Shown here: positions 53,023-63,225 of the stretch, one piece after another
How positions within the stretch are numbered: the stretch's first letter is position 1
Layout: every line of letters starts with the position of its first letter
Source of the DNA: a candidate division FCPU426 bacterium
GTDB taxonomy: Bacteria; Oederibacteriota; PGYV01; Palsa-1178
Direction of reading: 5' to 3'
DNA length: 64,000 nucleotides
Assembly (NCBI GenBank): GCA_963840035.1
Contig: CAWIXE010000002.1
Coordinates: forward strand, 768,001 to 832,000
Program-made: the position numbers and the translations under genes
Notes under the pieces: generated by a model
Databases searched by the model: none
What the model saw: only the letters and a program-made list of their open reading frames with translations
Told to the model about the DNA's origin: nothing

Positions 53023-53728
53023 CGTTTTTTTGCCTCTTTTCAAGGGGGATTATTATGGTAAATTCAGAGCCTTTGCCGGGCGCTGATTTCACGGTTATCC
53101 TGCCGCCGTGTTTGCTTACAATTGATTTTGATATCGCCAGACCTATGCCCAAGCCCGATTCTTTTGTCGTATAAAAAGGGACAAATACCGATTTCATTTC
53201 CTTTTTTGTCATGCCTTTTCCGTTATCTTTAAGCGATATATACGCGTGTTTTTTATCCGCGTTTATTATAACTTCGGCCCTGGGATCGGTTATACCCGAG
53301 AGGGCGTCCTTGGCGTTTGAGAAAAAGTTAACCATGACCTGTCTCATCTGTTCAGGGTCTATATATACTTCAGGTATGTCCTTTTTTTTGATTGTTACCT
53401 TAATTTCCGCGGGAAAACCGTGTTTGGTTATCATTATCATGCCTGTGACAAAACTTTCCAGGTTGGTGGCCTTAAGTTTCAGCGTCATGCCCCTGGAAAA
53501 ACTTATGAATTCGTTTAAGTAGCGTTCAAGCCGGTTAATCTCCTCTATTATTATGCCTGTGAATTCCCTGATGTCGTTATTTTCCTTATATGTGTCGAAA
53601 AGGTACTGGCTGGCGCCTTTCATTGAGTTCAAAGGGTTCTTTATCTCGTGCGCAAGCGCCGCGACCATGCGTTCGGTGCGTTCATGCTGGTCGTGTGTGA
53701 TTTTTGTGTTTTTTACGGCTTTAGACAT
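53015..53728 (-). CDS. Histidine kinase without sensor domain
   Basis: LAHEIKNPL H-box within first 35 aa, N box, DNGKG, FYTTK..GLGIGL. Confidence 0.92.
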   Translation of the reverse strand: MSKAVKNTKITHDQHERTERMVAALAHEIKNPLNSMKGASQYLFDTYKENNDIREFTGIIIEEINRLERYLNEFISFSRGMTLKLKATNLESFVTGMIMITKHGFPAEIKVTIKKKDIPEVYIDPEQMRQVMVNFFSNAKDALSGITDPRAEVIINADKKHAYISLKDNGKGMTKKEMKSVFVPFYTTKESGLGIGLAISKSIVSKHGGRITVKSAPGKGSEFTIIIPLEKRQKNDE

Positions 53729-54440
53729 TTTTCATCGCCTTAAGCATTTCTTTTATAGCCCTGTCAAGTCCTACCAATACCGCCCTCGCGATGATATTGT
53801 GTCCGGTATTTAAGTCCTCGATCTGCTTTATGGAAGCAATCCTCGCGCTGTTTTTATATGTCAGGCCATGGCCCGCGTTTACGCGCAATCCTAATGAAGC
53901 GGCGAGCTCAGCGCCCTTCTTAATTATGTTGAATTCCCTGTCAAGTTCCTTTCTGTTTTTTGCCGCGGCATATTTTCCGGTATGGATTTCTATGAAGTCG
54001 GCCCCGGATAGTTTTGAGGCTTTAATCTGGGCGGGGTCGGCGTCAATGAAGAGGCTGACAATAATTCCCTTTTTTTTAAGCTTTGAAACGACAGCTGATA
54101 TGTTCTTTAGGTTGCCTGCCACGTCAAGTCCGCCCTCGGTGGTCAATTCCCGCCTTTTTTCAGGGACGAGCGTTGCTTCGTCAGGCACCACCTGCAGGGC
54201 CCTGCGGATTACATCGGGTGCGATTGACATTTCGAGGTTCAGTTTTTTCTTTACAATTTTTTTTAGGCGTATCACATCGCTGTCGTTGATGTGGCGCCTG
54301 TCCTCGCGCAGGTGGACTGTTATACCCACGGCGCCTGTTCTTTCGACTATGCGGGCCGCGTCCACCGGGTCAGGCACCACATCGCGCCTGGCCTGCCTTA
54401 CAGTCGCCACGTGGTCTATGTTTACGCATAATTTAGCCAT
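53721..54440 (-). CDS. pdxJ: Pyridoxine 5'-phosphate synthase
   Basis: VNIDHVATVRQAR, HLREDRRHI, ELTTEGGLD, NAGHGL. Confidence 0.97.
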   Translation of the reverse strand: MAKLCVNIDHVATVRQARRDVVPDPVDAARIVERTGAVGITVHLREDRRHINDSDVIRLKKIVKKKLNLEMSIAPDVIRRALQVVPDEATLVPEKRRELTTEGGLDVAGNLKNISAVVSKLKKKGIIVSLFIDADPAQIKASKLSGADFIEIHTGKYAAAKNRKELDREFNIIKKGAELAASLGLRVNAGHGLTYKNSARIASIKQIEDLNTGHNIIARAVLVGLDRAIKEMLKAMKNV

Positions 54441-54441
54441 G

Positions 54442-54861
54442 TTATTTTTTCCCTTCCCCGGACTGGCTGTTGTTGGTTTTTTCAAACTCAATTTCAACCT
54501 GATAGGGTGTAATTGACTTAATATCAAGGCCCCTGGGAAGCGACACTATTACGGCCGGCGATATCCTGTAGATGTTCTTGCCTTCTTTGGCGGTTTTTAA
54601 GTTCAGGGTTACTTTTACATTTTTTTTGTTTATGTTATTTACTATGTCGCGCCTGCCGGTGACCATGACATCCACGGCGTTCTCAACTTTGTTGATCATG
54701 CGCATTTCCGAGGGAAAATTATTCAGCTCCACAGGCAGGTTCAATACGACAGTGAGGTTCTGCTCGCTCGCGATATAAAACCACAGCGTGACTGCCGCAA
54801 GAAGCGCGCCGAGCTTGTACTGCCAGTTCTTGAAAAACAACGATTTAAAAAATTCTTTCAT
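54442..54861 (-). CDS. cdaR: CdaR/YbbR-like protein (single domain)
   Basis: NWQYKLGALLAAVTLWFYI TM plus one YbbR-like domain, after cdaA. Confidence 0.8.
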   Translation of the reverse strand: MKEFFKSLFFKNWQYKLGALLAAVTLWFYIASEQNLTVVLNLPVELNNFPSEMRMINKVENAVDVMVTGRRDIVNNINKKNVKVTLNLKTAKEGKNIYRISPAVIVSLPRGLDIKSITPYQVEIEFEKTNNSQSGEGKK

Positions 54862-54971
54862 AAAACCCTCCGTTTAACTTAAAATTTAAAATTTAAAACT
54901 GAAAGTTGGATCCGATGTATTAATTTTTAACTTTCAGTTTTAAGCTTTAAGCTTTAAGCTTTAAGTTGTAT

Positions 54972-55748
54972 TTATCTTATCTTCGGCGCGTATAAGGACA
55001 GAATTTCCAGCAGTGTCTCGCCGTTTATGTCAGGCGTTATCTTTCCGCCTATGGCGAGCGATATGGATTTTCTCTCCTCGGACACTATTATCGTGATAGC
55101 GTCCGTTTCTTCCGATATTCCTATGGCGGCCCTGTGCCGCATGCCGTATTTTTTATCTATGTCGTCTTTTTGCGTCAGCGGAAGTATGCAGCCGGCCGCG
55201 GCGATCCTGCCCTCCCTGATGATGACCGCGCCGTCGTGCAGCGGGGATTTCGGGTTAAAGATGGATATAAGAAGCTCAGATGATGTTTCCGAGTCTATGA
55301 CCGTGCCTGTTTCAATGAAACTTTTCAGGTTTACTTCGCGTTCAAGTACGATAAGCGCACCGGTTTTCTTCTTGGCCAGTATTTCCGCGGTTACCTTTAT
55401 TTCCCTGTAAAGCTGGGCGTGTTCCTTAAATATGAATTTGAAGAACTTATTCTGGCCGAACTCGACTAAGGCCCTGCGGAGTTCCGGCTGGAAGACTATG
55501 ATAAAAGCGATAATCCATATGGCGGATAAGCCTGTTAATATCCATGACATGGTATCAAGCCTTAAAAGCCTTGAGACAAGGACAAGTACGAGTATTATTG
55601 CAAAGCCTTTAAGCATCTGTATGGCCCGCGTTTCGTGCAGGAGTATGAATACATAATAAAGGACAAACGAAACAAGTATGATGTCTATGACGTCGTTCCA
55701 TCTCATTCCCGAGAAAGTGCTGACTAATGTGGAAAAAAAGTTTTCCAT
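54972..55748 (-). CDS. cdaA: Diadenylate cyclase CdaA
   Basis: 3 TMs, FQPELRRAL, PLHDGAVI, GMRHRAAIG. Confidence 0.95.
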   Translation of the reverse strand: MENFFSTLVSTFSGMRWNDVIDIILVSFVLYYVFILLHETRAIQMLKGFAIILVLVLVSRLLRLDTMSWILTGLSAIWIIAFIIVFQPELRRALVEFGQNKFFKFIFKEHAQLYREIKVTAEILAKKKTGALIVLEREVNLKSFIETGTVIDSETSSELLISIFNPKSPLHDGAVIIREGRIAAAGCILPLTQKDDIDKKYGMRHRAAIGISEETDAITIIVSEERKSISLAIGGKITPDINGETLLEILSLYAPKIR

Positions 55749-56605
55749 TATTTTTCCTCCTTTTTGCGGTAATTGGACACGGCATAGGCCATGTCCGCTG
55801 TCTCTTTCATTTCCTTAACGTCATGCACCCTGATTAAATCCGCGCCCTTTGCCACGGCTATAGCCACTGTCGCGGCCGTGCCGTAAACCCGTTTGTCAGG
55901 GTTCAAATTAAGCACTTTCCCTATGAGGGATTTGCGCGAAGTCCCCAAAAGCAACGGGACGCCAAATTTTTTAAAACTATCAAGGCTGTCGAGTATCTCA
56001 AAGTTGTGTTTTAGCGTTTTGCCGAAACCGATTCCCGGATCGAGTATAAGGTTTTCCTTTTTTATCCCGGAAGCCAGCGCGGCTTTTATGCGCTCTTCAA
56101 AGAACAATAATATATCATTCACCGGGCCTTTTTCAGAGTACACCGGGTTGTCCTGCATTGTGCCCGGGGTTCCCAGCATGTGCATTATTACGTAGCCAGC
56201 TCCATATTCAGCGGCGACATTCATGATTTCGGGGTCGATAGTCCCGCCTGAGATGTCATTTATTATGGAGGCGCCCGCTTCAAGGGCTTTGCGGGCTGTT
56301 TTTGATTTGTAGGTGTCGGTTGATATCAGTGCCTTAGCTCCCGCTTTAACAAGCCCTTCGATTACAGGTATAACCCTTGCGGATTCCTCATCAGCCGGGA
56401 CGCTTTTTGCCCCGGGTTTTGTGGATTCCCCGCCGATGTCTATAATATCAGCGCCTTCTTTTTCCATCCCGAGCCCGCGCGCGATTGCTTTTCCGGCATC
56501 AAAATATTCCCCGCCGTCAGAAAAAGAATCCGGGGTTACGTTTAGTACCCCCATGATAAGGGTGCGGTTAAGGGAAAGCTTTTTACCCCGGCAAATTAAT
56601 TCCAT
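55748..56605 (-). CDS. folP: Dihydropteroate synthase
   Basis: MGVLNVTPDSFSDGG, DPGIGFGK, SRKS, RVHDV. Confidence 0.98.
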   Translation of the reverse strand: MELICRGKKLSLNRTLIMGVLNVTPDSFSDGGEYFDAGKAIARGLGMEKEGADIIDIGGESTKPGAKSVPADEESARVIPVIEGLVKAGAKALISTDTYKSKTARKALEAGASIINDISGGTIDPEIMNVAAEYGAGYVIMHMLGTPGTMQDNPVYSEKGPVNDILLFFEERIKAALASGIKKENLILDPGIGFGKTLKHNFEILDSLDSFKKFGVPLLLGTSRKSLIGKVLNLNPDKRVYGTAATVAIAVAKGADLIRVHDVKEMKETADMAYAVSNYRKKEEK

Positions 56606-56716
56606 CCCGCACCTCCTTAGACTGCAATTACTAATTTATGATTTCTAATTTCTAATTGAATACAAAAACGCTAACACCGCTGTCTTTGTCTCTGTTTCTA
56701 ATTATAAATTAGAAAT

Positions 56717-57295
56717 TTACTTGCTTATCAACTCCAGCGCTTCTTTCCTCGTTGACTCGTTCTTCCTGAATATGCCGCGTATCGCGGATGTTATCATTTT
56801 TGAGCCGGGTTTTTTTACGCCCCTCATGGTCATGCACAGGTGTTCCGCCTCTATAATCACAAGCACACCCAGCGGGTTTACTATTTCCATCATAGTGTCG
56901 GCTATCTGCGATGTCAGGCGCTCCTGAAGCTGAAGCCTTTTGGCGTATAACTCGACTATGCGCGCCAATTTTGACAATCCCAGAAGCTTGTTTTTCCTGG
57001 GGATATAGGCTATATGCGCTTTGCCAAGGAACGGCAGCAGATGGTGCTCGCATACCGAGTAAAACGGGATATCTTTTAAGATGACCATCTCGTCATGTTC
57101 CTCGGTTTCAAATATCTTTACAACGTCTTTTACATCCTTGCCCGTGCCCGAGAAAATGTCTTCATACATGTCCGCCACACGCCGCGGTGTCTCTTTTAAA
57201 CCCTCGCGGTTTATGTCGTCGCCTATCGCCTCTATTATCAGCCTTACAGCCTTTTCTATGGCCGGTTTATCAAACGCTTTTTTTCTTTTTGCCAT
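56717..57295 (-). CDS. folE: GTP cyclohydrolase I
   Basis: [36 protein letters not shown]. Confidence 0.98.
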   Translation of the reverse strand: MAKRKKAFDKPAIEKAVRLIIEAIGDDINREGLKETPRRVADMYEDIFSGTGKDVKDVVKIFETEEHDEMVILKDIPFYSVCEHHLLPFLGKAHIAYIPRKNKLLGLSKLARIVELYAKRLQLQERLTSQIADTMMEIVNPLGVLVIIEAEHLCMTMRGVKKPGSKMITSAIRGIFRKNESTRKEALELISK

Positions 57296-59114
57296 TTTTA
57301 GCATACTCCAGATACATTTTTTCGTACTCCGGCCCCTCAAGAGTCTCTTTTTCGATAAGGGCTTTTGCCACTATGTCCAGGAACTTCCTGTTGGTCTTTA
57401 AAAGCTTGGTAGCGTTCGTATAGGCTTTATCAATAATGGATTTGACTTCCTCATCGATCAGCTTGGCGGTATCCTCGCTGTAATTTTTTTCTTTCATGAA
57501 ATCCCTGCCGAGGAATACTTCCTGCGAATCTCCGCCCCAGTTCACCATGCCGAGTTTTTCGCTCATTCCGTATTTGCAGACAAATTCATGCGCCATCCTG
57601 GTGGCGTTTATGATGTCGCTTGCGGAACCGGTGTCGGTTATCTTATAAACCAGCACGTCAGCTGCCCTGCCTCCCATGGCCATGGTTATGGAGTTTATGT
57701 ACTCTTCCTTTGTCATGTTGTATTTATCCGTAGTAGGCACGACCCATGTTACGCCGAGAGTCCTGCCCCTTTGTAATATGGTTATTTTATGCACTGGGTC
57801 TGTACCCAAAAGGAACCTGTTTACTACGGCGTGTCCGGCTTCATGGTAGGCTACGCGCAGTTTTTCCTTGTTGGTCAGTATCCTGCTTTTCTTTTCCGGC
57901 CCCGCCCAGACCCTGTCGCTTGCTTCTTCAAGTTCATTCATTGATACTTCCTGCTTATTGTTCCTTGCGGCTAAAAGAGCGGCTTCATTTATAAGGTTGG
58001 CAAGGTCGGCGCCTGAGAAGCCAATGGTCTTGCGCGCAACTGCGGTTAAGTCAACTTCCTTTGCAAGCGGTACTTTTTTAGAGTGTACTTTTAAGATCAT
58101 TTCCCTACCTTTTAAGTCGGGTTTATCCACCACTATCTGCCTGTCAAATCTTCCCGGCCTTAATAATGCCGGATCAAGTACGTCAGGTCTGTTTGTCGCA
58201 GCTACTATTATAACGCCTGTATTTGTCTCGAAACCGTCCATTTCAACAAGCAGCGCGTTTAAAGTCTGTTCCCGTTCGTCGTGTCCGCCGCCCATGCCTG
58301 CGCCGCGATGGCGGCCGACAGCGTCTATTTCGTCTATGAATATTATGCACGGCGCGCTGCGTTTTCCCTGTTCGAAAAGGTCCCTGACCCTTGCTGCGCC
58401 AACGCCTACAAACATCTCAACGAAATCAGAGCCTGATATGGAAAAGAACGGCACTCCTGCCTCGCCTGCGACGGCTCTGGCCAAGAGTGTCTTTCCGGTA
58501 CCCGGAGAGCCTAACAACAGCACTCCCTTAGGAATTTTGCCTCCGAGTTTCTGGAATTTTTTCGGTTCTTTTAAGAAAGCTATGACTTCCTGAAGTTCTT
58601 CTTTTGCTTCATCAACACCCGCGACATCCGCAAATGTAACCTTTCCACCGGGTTCCGCAAGTTTTGCCTTGCTTTTTCCAAAGCTCATGGCTCCGCCGCC
58701 GTTTTGAGAGCGGTTCATAACAAAGAACCAAAAAATGATTATCAGTATGAAGGGGCCCCAGGTAAAAAAGAACATTTTTAGCGCGCCGCCAAAACTGGTA
58801 ACCGGGCCTTTTGCCGTTATTTTTACATTTGCAGCATGCAGGATTTTATATAACTCCGGGTCTTCCACCGGTGAAGTCGAAATGTATTTAATCTTATCTT
58901 TTCCTGTTCCTTCCAGGTTGTTCAGCCCGTCTTCGTTCTTTGAAATTATGACATCGCTTATTTCGCCTTTTTGAACGGATTCCAAAAACGCGGAGTAAAC
59001 GACTTTTTTTGGAGGTTCTTCTTTCATGTATTTCAAATTCATGTTGTAAATAAAAATTATGGCCACAGCAATAAAAATCCAGAATGAAATTGAAATATTG
59101 TTCTTGTTTTTCAT
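57270..59114 (-). CDS. ftsH: ATP-dependent zinc metalloprotease FtsH
   Basis: 2 TMs, [29 protein letters not shown]. Confidence 0.98.
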   Translation of the reverse strand: MKNKNNISISFWIFIAVAIIFIYNMNLKYMKEEPPKKVVYSAFLESVQKGEISDVIISKNEDGLNNLEGTGKDKIKYISTSPVEDPELYKILHAANVKITAKGPVTSFGGALKMFFFTWGPFILIIIFWFFVMNRSQNGGGAMSFGKSKAKLAEPGGKVTFADVAGVDEAKEELQEVIAFLKEPKKFQKLGGKIPKGVLLLGSPGTGKTLLARAVAGEAGVPFFSISGSDFVEMFVGVGAARVRDLFEQGKRSAPCIIFIDEIDAVGRHRGAGMGGGHDEREQTLNALLVEMDGFETNTGVIIVAATNRPDVLDPALLRPGRFDRQIVVDKPDLKGREMILKVHSKKVPLAKEVDLTAVARKTIGFSGADLANLINEAALLAARNNKQEVSMNELEEASDRVWAGPEKKSRILTNKEKLRVAYHEAGHAVVNRFLLGTDPVHKITILQRGRTLGVTWVVPTTDKYNMTKEEYINSITMAMGGRAADVLVYKITDTGSASDIINATRMAHEFVCKYGMSEKLGMVNWGGDSQEVFLGRDFMKEKNYSEDTAKLIDEEVKSIIDKAYTNATKLLKTNRKFLDIVAKALIEKETLEGPEYEKMYLEYAKNGKKKKSV

Positions 59115-59275
59115 GTAAAAAGTCTCCTTTTTCACCAAACGAAATGCCAATTGTCCCAAAAGGGACATCGGGAAGAATATTTTATAATAAAACAGGGTAA
59201 AAGACAATAGTTATATAGTATAAATGATTGGTTGGTGTTTTGTTTGAATTACTAATTACCAATTACTAATTAGTT

Positions 59276-60350
59276 CGGTTCTAACATTTAACGCAACACT
59301 TTGATAGGATTATACTTTCAAAGGAGGCGTTAATAATCAATGAAGAATCCGAACTACAAGAGGTTAAGTTTCGAAGAACGGGAAGAAATTAGCAGGTATT
59401 TAGCAAGTGGTCTAAAAGCTGGCCGAATAGCAATGTTGATAGGTAGAAATAGAAGCACCATAACGAGAGAAATAAGAAAGGGTTTTAAAACAAATACATA
59501 TCGCGCGGTACAGGCGAATAATAGAGCCAAAAGAAACGCCAAAAGGCGAAGGTTCGGAAAACGTAAGATAGATAAGTGTAAAAGATTAAAAAGGTTCATT
59601 GAAAAGCATCTCTGGTTAAAGTGGTCACCGGAACAGATTGCAGAAAAATTGAAAATAGAGTATCCTACGGACATGGACATGAGAATATCACCCGAGAGTA
59701 TTTATGCATATTTGTATGTGAAGCCCAAAAGCCACTTGAAAAGAGAAGCTGCTAAAGCAGTTTCGGCAAAAGCATTCCAGGCGGTTTAAAAGGAATGCCA
59801 GAATGACCGGAATTGCAAAGGATTTAGAAGATATAACAAGCATAGATGAACGGCCTGCGGAAGTTGAAACACGAGAGATTCCCGGACACTGGGAAGGCGA
59901 CTTAATGATTGGCAGACTTCGGCAGTCAGCCATCGGAACGCTTGTTGAAAGAAAAACAAGGTATTTACGGATTGTCCGGTTAAAAAACAGGACGGCAAAA
60001 GAAGTCAAGAAACAATTTGAAGCTACGTTTAAGAAACACCCTAAACAACTTAGATTGAGCATGACATATGACCAAGGCAGAGAAATGGCGGATCATAAAG
60101 CTCTAAGTAAGGCGTTAAATATTAAGATATATTTTGCGCACAAGAGAAGCCCGTGGGAACGTGGAACAAATGAAAACACAAATGGGTTAATACGGCAGTT
60201 TTTCCCTAAAGGCACAGACTTCAATAAGATAAGTTTAAAAGAACTCAGGTATGCAGAAAGACTGTTAAATCAAAGACCCAGAAAAACTTTGGGCTGGAAA
60301 ACACCCGAAGAGGCGTTTTATCAAGATGTTGCGTTAAATACTTGAAACCA
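59276..60350 (+). mobile_element. IS30-family insertion sequence (transposase 59340-60345, frameshifted near 59747)
   Basis: LSFEEREEI HTH, WSPEQI, GHWEGD, TYDQG, WERGTNENTNGLIRQFFPKG; IR core ATTTAACGCAACA / TGTTGCGTTAAAT; AGTT on both flanks. Confidence 0.93.
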
Positions 60351-60449
60351 AGTTACTAAATATAACGCTTCGCGTATATTATAATAAGTGCAACAGCACA
60401 CCTTAATCAGTAATTGGTAATTAGTAATTATTAATTTCGTTCTGAAAAA

Positions 60450-60938
60450 TTAATCCTCGTGATGCTGTCCGCGGGGGTTTGCGATTTTTGTTTTTAACAG
60501 TTCGTATTTGGCGCTTTCATTTTTGACGATATTATCAAGCACGCCGTTGACAAAACTTCCGGATTTCTCATCCCCAAAGCGTTTTGCCAGCTCTATGGCT
60601 TCATTAATAGTGACTTTATAAGGAATGTCATTGCGGTAAAGCAGTTCGGCAACGCCTATCCTTAAGATATTCCTGTCAAGCGACAGGATGCGGTCATATT
60701 TCCAGTTCTTAAGGTATTTGGGTATTATTTCATCAAGTTCCTTCAGGTTATCCGTGACAGTCTTGACCAGTTCCTTTGCAAATTCCTTTGACTTGTCGAT
60801 GAATTTTTCCTCAGAGCCCAAATTCTGCATGGAATATGTGTCGATAAACTCCTCGATTTCCAGCGGAGTGCTTGCTGCGATCTCTACCTGATACAAACTC
60901 TGAAGAGCGATGATGCGTCCCGCACGTCTGATTCCCAT
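60450..60938 (-). CDS. nusB: Transcription antitermination factor NusB
   Basis: [37 protein letters not shown]. Confidence 0.96.
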   Translation of the reverse strand: MGIRRAGRIIALQSLYQVEIAASTPLEIEEFIDTYSMQNLGSEEKFIDKSKEFAKELVKTVTDNLKELDEIIPKYLKNWKYDRILSLDRNILRIGVAELLYRNDIPYKVTINEAIELAKRFGDEKSGSFVNGVLDNIVKNESAKYELLKTKIANPRGQHHED

Positions 60939-61036
60939 TAATACCTCTCAATTTTAAATTTTCAATTTTGAATTTTAAATTAGAATCAAAGACCTGTTCG
61001 GCATTTAATTGAAAATTTAAAATATAAAATTTAGAA

Positions 61037-61498
61037 TTAGATTTTATCTATTAGATCCGTCATTTCCAGCGTCGAAAGCGCCGAGTCAAAGCCTTTATTC
61101 CCGCTTTTTACCCCTGCCCTGTCTTTTGCCTGTTCTGCGGTGTCAGCGGTTATTATGCCAAAACCTATGGGGATGCCCGAGCTAATGCTCAGAGAAGCGA
61201 TGCCCTTTGTAACTTCCGAAGCGATGAAGTCAAAATGAGGCGTTTCCCCGCGGATGATGACGCCGAGAGCTATCATTCCGGTATATTTCTTCTTTTTAAG
61301 TATGTTTGAAAGCGCTGTGGGTATCTCGAAGGAACCCGGAGTCCAGTAAACATCGATGGAAGACTCAGCCACGCCATGCCTTACCAGGCAGTCTATGGCG
61401 CCGTTAAGAAGATTTTTTCCTATGGCTTCATTGAACTTTGATATGACTATGCCGAATTTCTTGCCTTTGCCGATGTAAGAGCCTTTGATTTCCTTCAT
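61037..61498 (-). CDS. ribH: 6,7-dimethyl-8-ribityllumazine synthase
   Basis: PGSFEIP, GVIIRGETPHFDFI, GNKGFDSA. Confidence 0.97.
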   Translation of the reverse strand: MKEIKGSYIGKGKKFGIVISKFNEAIGKNLLNGAIDCLVRHGVAESSIDVYWTPGSFEIPTALSNILKKKKYTGMIALGVIIRGETPHFDFIASEVTKGIASLSISSGIPIGFGIITADTAEQAKDRAGVKSGNKGFDSALSTLEMTDLIDKI

Positions 61499-61753
61499 GT
61501 TAATACCTCCTGTATGTTAATGATAATAATTCATAATAACAGTGATTTGGTGCGGTGTCAATAAAAATAGCCGTCCCGTTAATCCGGCTAATTTTAAAAA
61601 GAATCTAAAGTTCAAAGTTTTATTTGATTATAACGATTTTTTTTACAACCTTATTTTTACCTGCAACAATCTCATAAAAATATGTGCCGTTTCCCGCCCA
61701 TTTACCCGCGTCATTTCTTAAGTCCTGTCCTGCCTGTCAATTATTGTCACTTT

Positions 61754-62803
61754 TTACCCCGCAAATTGGTTGACATTTTGTTCTCCGGATTTGATCAAAC
61801 ACAACCCCATATCTACAACTGATTTTACCACGGCCTTCCTCACAACGTCAAGTTTATCCAGTCCCGGTATTTTCTGTTTTTCAATTTCCGCAATCGCATT
61901 TTCAGCTTTTTTAATTAGCTCATGCTTTTCTTCGTTTTTGTATATTTCTCCGTTTTTGAAAACTTCAGCGCTTGTTTTGCCGTCAAATATACGCCGCGGC
62001 ATTTCGTGATTAATCTCATAAATCGCTCTTTCAAATTTGGCGTATACTTTTTCGTAATTTAACCCTCCTTTTTCAGTTTTCAGATATTTCTCAAATATCT
62101 GATTTTCGCGCTCCAGTTTCCCGTTGAAAAGCGGATAATGCCCGGGGCTGGGCATCGTGAGAATCTCTTTTTCTTTCAAATAACTTATTAATACTTCGTT
62201 CTGAAACTCAGAACCCCTGTCAGTTTTAACCACAAGCGGTTTTATTCCCTGCTCGTTCATCACGCGTTCAAGCAGGATTTTCGCCTTTTCACCGGTATTT
62301 GAATAACTCATAATCCAACCAAGCACACACCTTGAGTACTCCTCAAATACCAGCTGAACATACACATACCCTTCTTCGCAGCGTATTTTAATCGTATCTA
62401 GCGCCCAGCTGACATGCTTTTTTAGCCATTCAACTGACTTGTACTCTTTCTTTCCCGCTTTTTGCTTTTTCCTGGGCCCAAAATACTCATAAACTATTTT
62501 TGCAACGCTGCTTGGCGATATACCCGCTTTTATTGCCAAAACATAATTAGTTGATATTTCCGAAAACCTCCGTTTTAATTCCAGCACCCGGAGTATTGTT
62601 TCACCAGACAAGGCCCACGGCGCATGTTTCGGCCCTGTCTTTTGGGGTTCCAGGGTATCTTTCTTTTTCCACGCATAATAATACTCCCTTGGAACCCCGA
62701 TTGAATCAAAATACGCCTTTATACTTCCTCCGTTTTGTACGGTTTCTTCGGCACTTCTGAGTATATTTCTTTTAACACTTTCCGCATATTGGCGTTTTTT
62801 TTT
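61754..62803 (-). CDS. rve/DDE transposase orfB (probably fused to orfA by -1 frameshift)
   Basis: WALDT, KTDRGSEF, NGKLERE; frame open back to an A9 run at 62803-62795 and closed by TGA 4 codons earlier. Confidence 0.8.
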   Translation of the reverse strand, partial: KKKRQYAESVKRNILRSAEETVQNGGSIKAYFDSIGVPREYYYAWKKKDTLEPQKTGPKHAPWALSGETILRVLELKRRFSEISTNYVLAIKAGISPSSVAKIVYEYFGPRKKQKAGKKEYKSVEWLKKHVSWALDTIKIRCEEGYVYVQLVFEEYSRCVLGWIMSYSNTGEKAKILLERVMNEQGIKPLVVKTDRGSEFQNEVLISYLKEKEILTMPSPGHYPLFNGKLERENQIFEKYLKTEKGGLNYEKVYAKFERAIYEINHEMPRRIFDGKTSAEVFKNGEIYKNEEKHELIKKAENAIAEIEKQKIPGLDKLDVVRKAVVKSVVDMGLCLIKSGEQNVNQFAG

Positions 62804-63225
62804 GCGCCGTCTTCATCGTTTTTTTCAAAGAAGCTCGTTGCTTTCCTGGCTATCTGCAGTTCCTGTGTCGCCTTTTTCTTTTCTTCCTCCAGTATCCGGA
62901 TCTTTTCCTCCAGCTTCCGCTGTTCTTCCTGCGCCTTTGTCACTGTTTCCCTCAGATCCTCTTCCTTCACGTAGTTCTTCGGCTTCCTGCCTCTCTTCTC
63001 CGTCTTCAGGAACGCCCTGGCTATCCCTTCCAGCGCTATTTTCTTCCACTCCCGGAACGTCTCCCTCGATATATCCATCTCCTCGCAGACCTGTTTCACC
63101 TTCTTTTCCTTTGCCATTACTTTCAGTACTGCCTGAAACTTCACCTCGTATGGGATTTCCCTGTAGTACTTCGTGGATTTCTGTTCCATCATTTCCTGCT
63201 GAATTTTCTCCTGTTCCATTTTCAA
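62719..63225 (-). CDS. Transposase orfA (HTH + coiled coil)
   Basis: KFQAVLKVM..VKQVCEEMDISRETFREWKK..RGRKP. Confidence 0.8.
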   Translation of the reverse strand: MKMEQEKIQQEMMEQKSTKYYREIPYEVKFQAVLKVMAKEKKVKQVCEEMDISRETFREWKKIALEGIARAFLKTEKRGRKPKNYVKEEDLRETVTKAQEEQRKLEEKIRILEEEKKKATQELQIARKATSFFEKNDEDGAKKNANMRKVLKEIYSEVPKKPYKTEEV

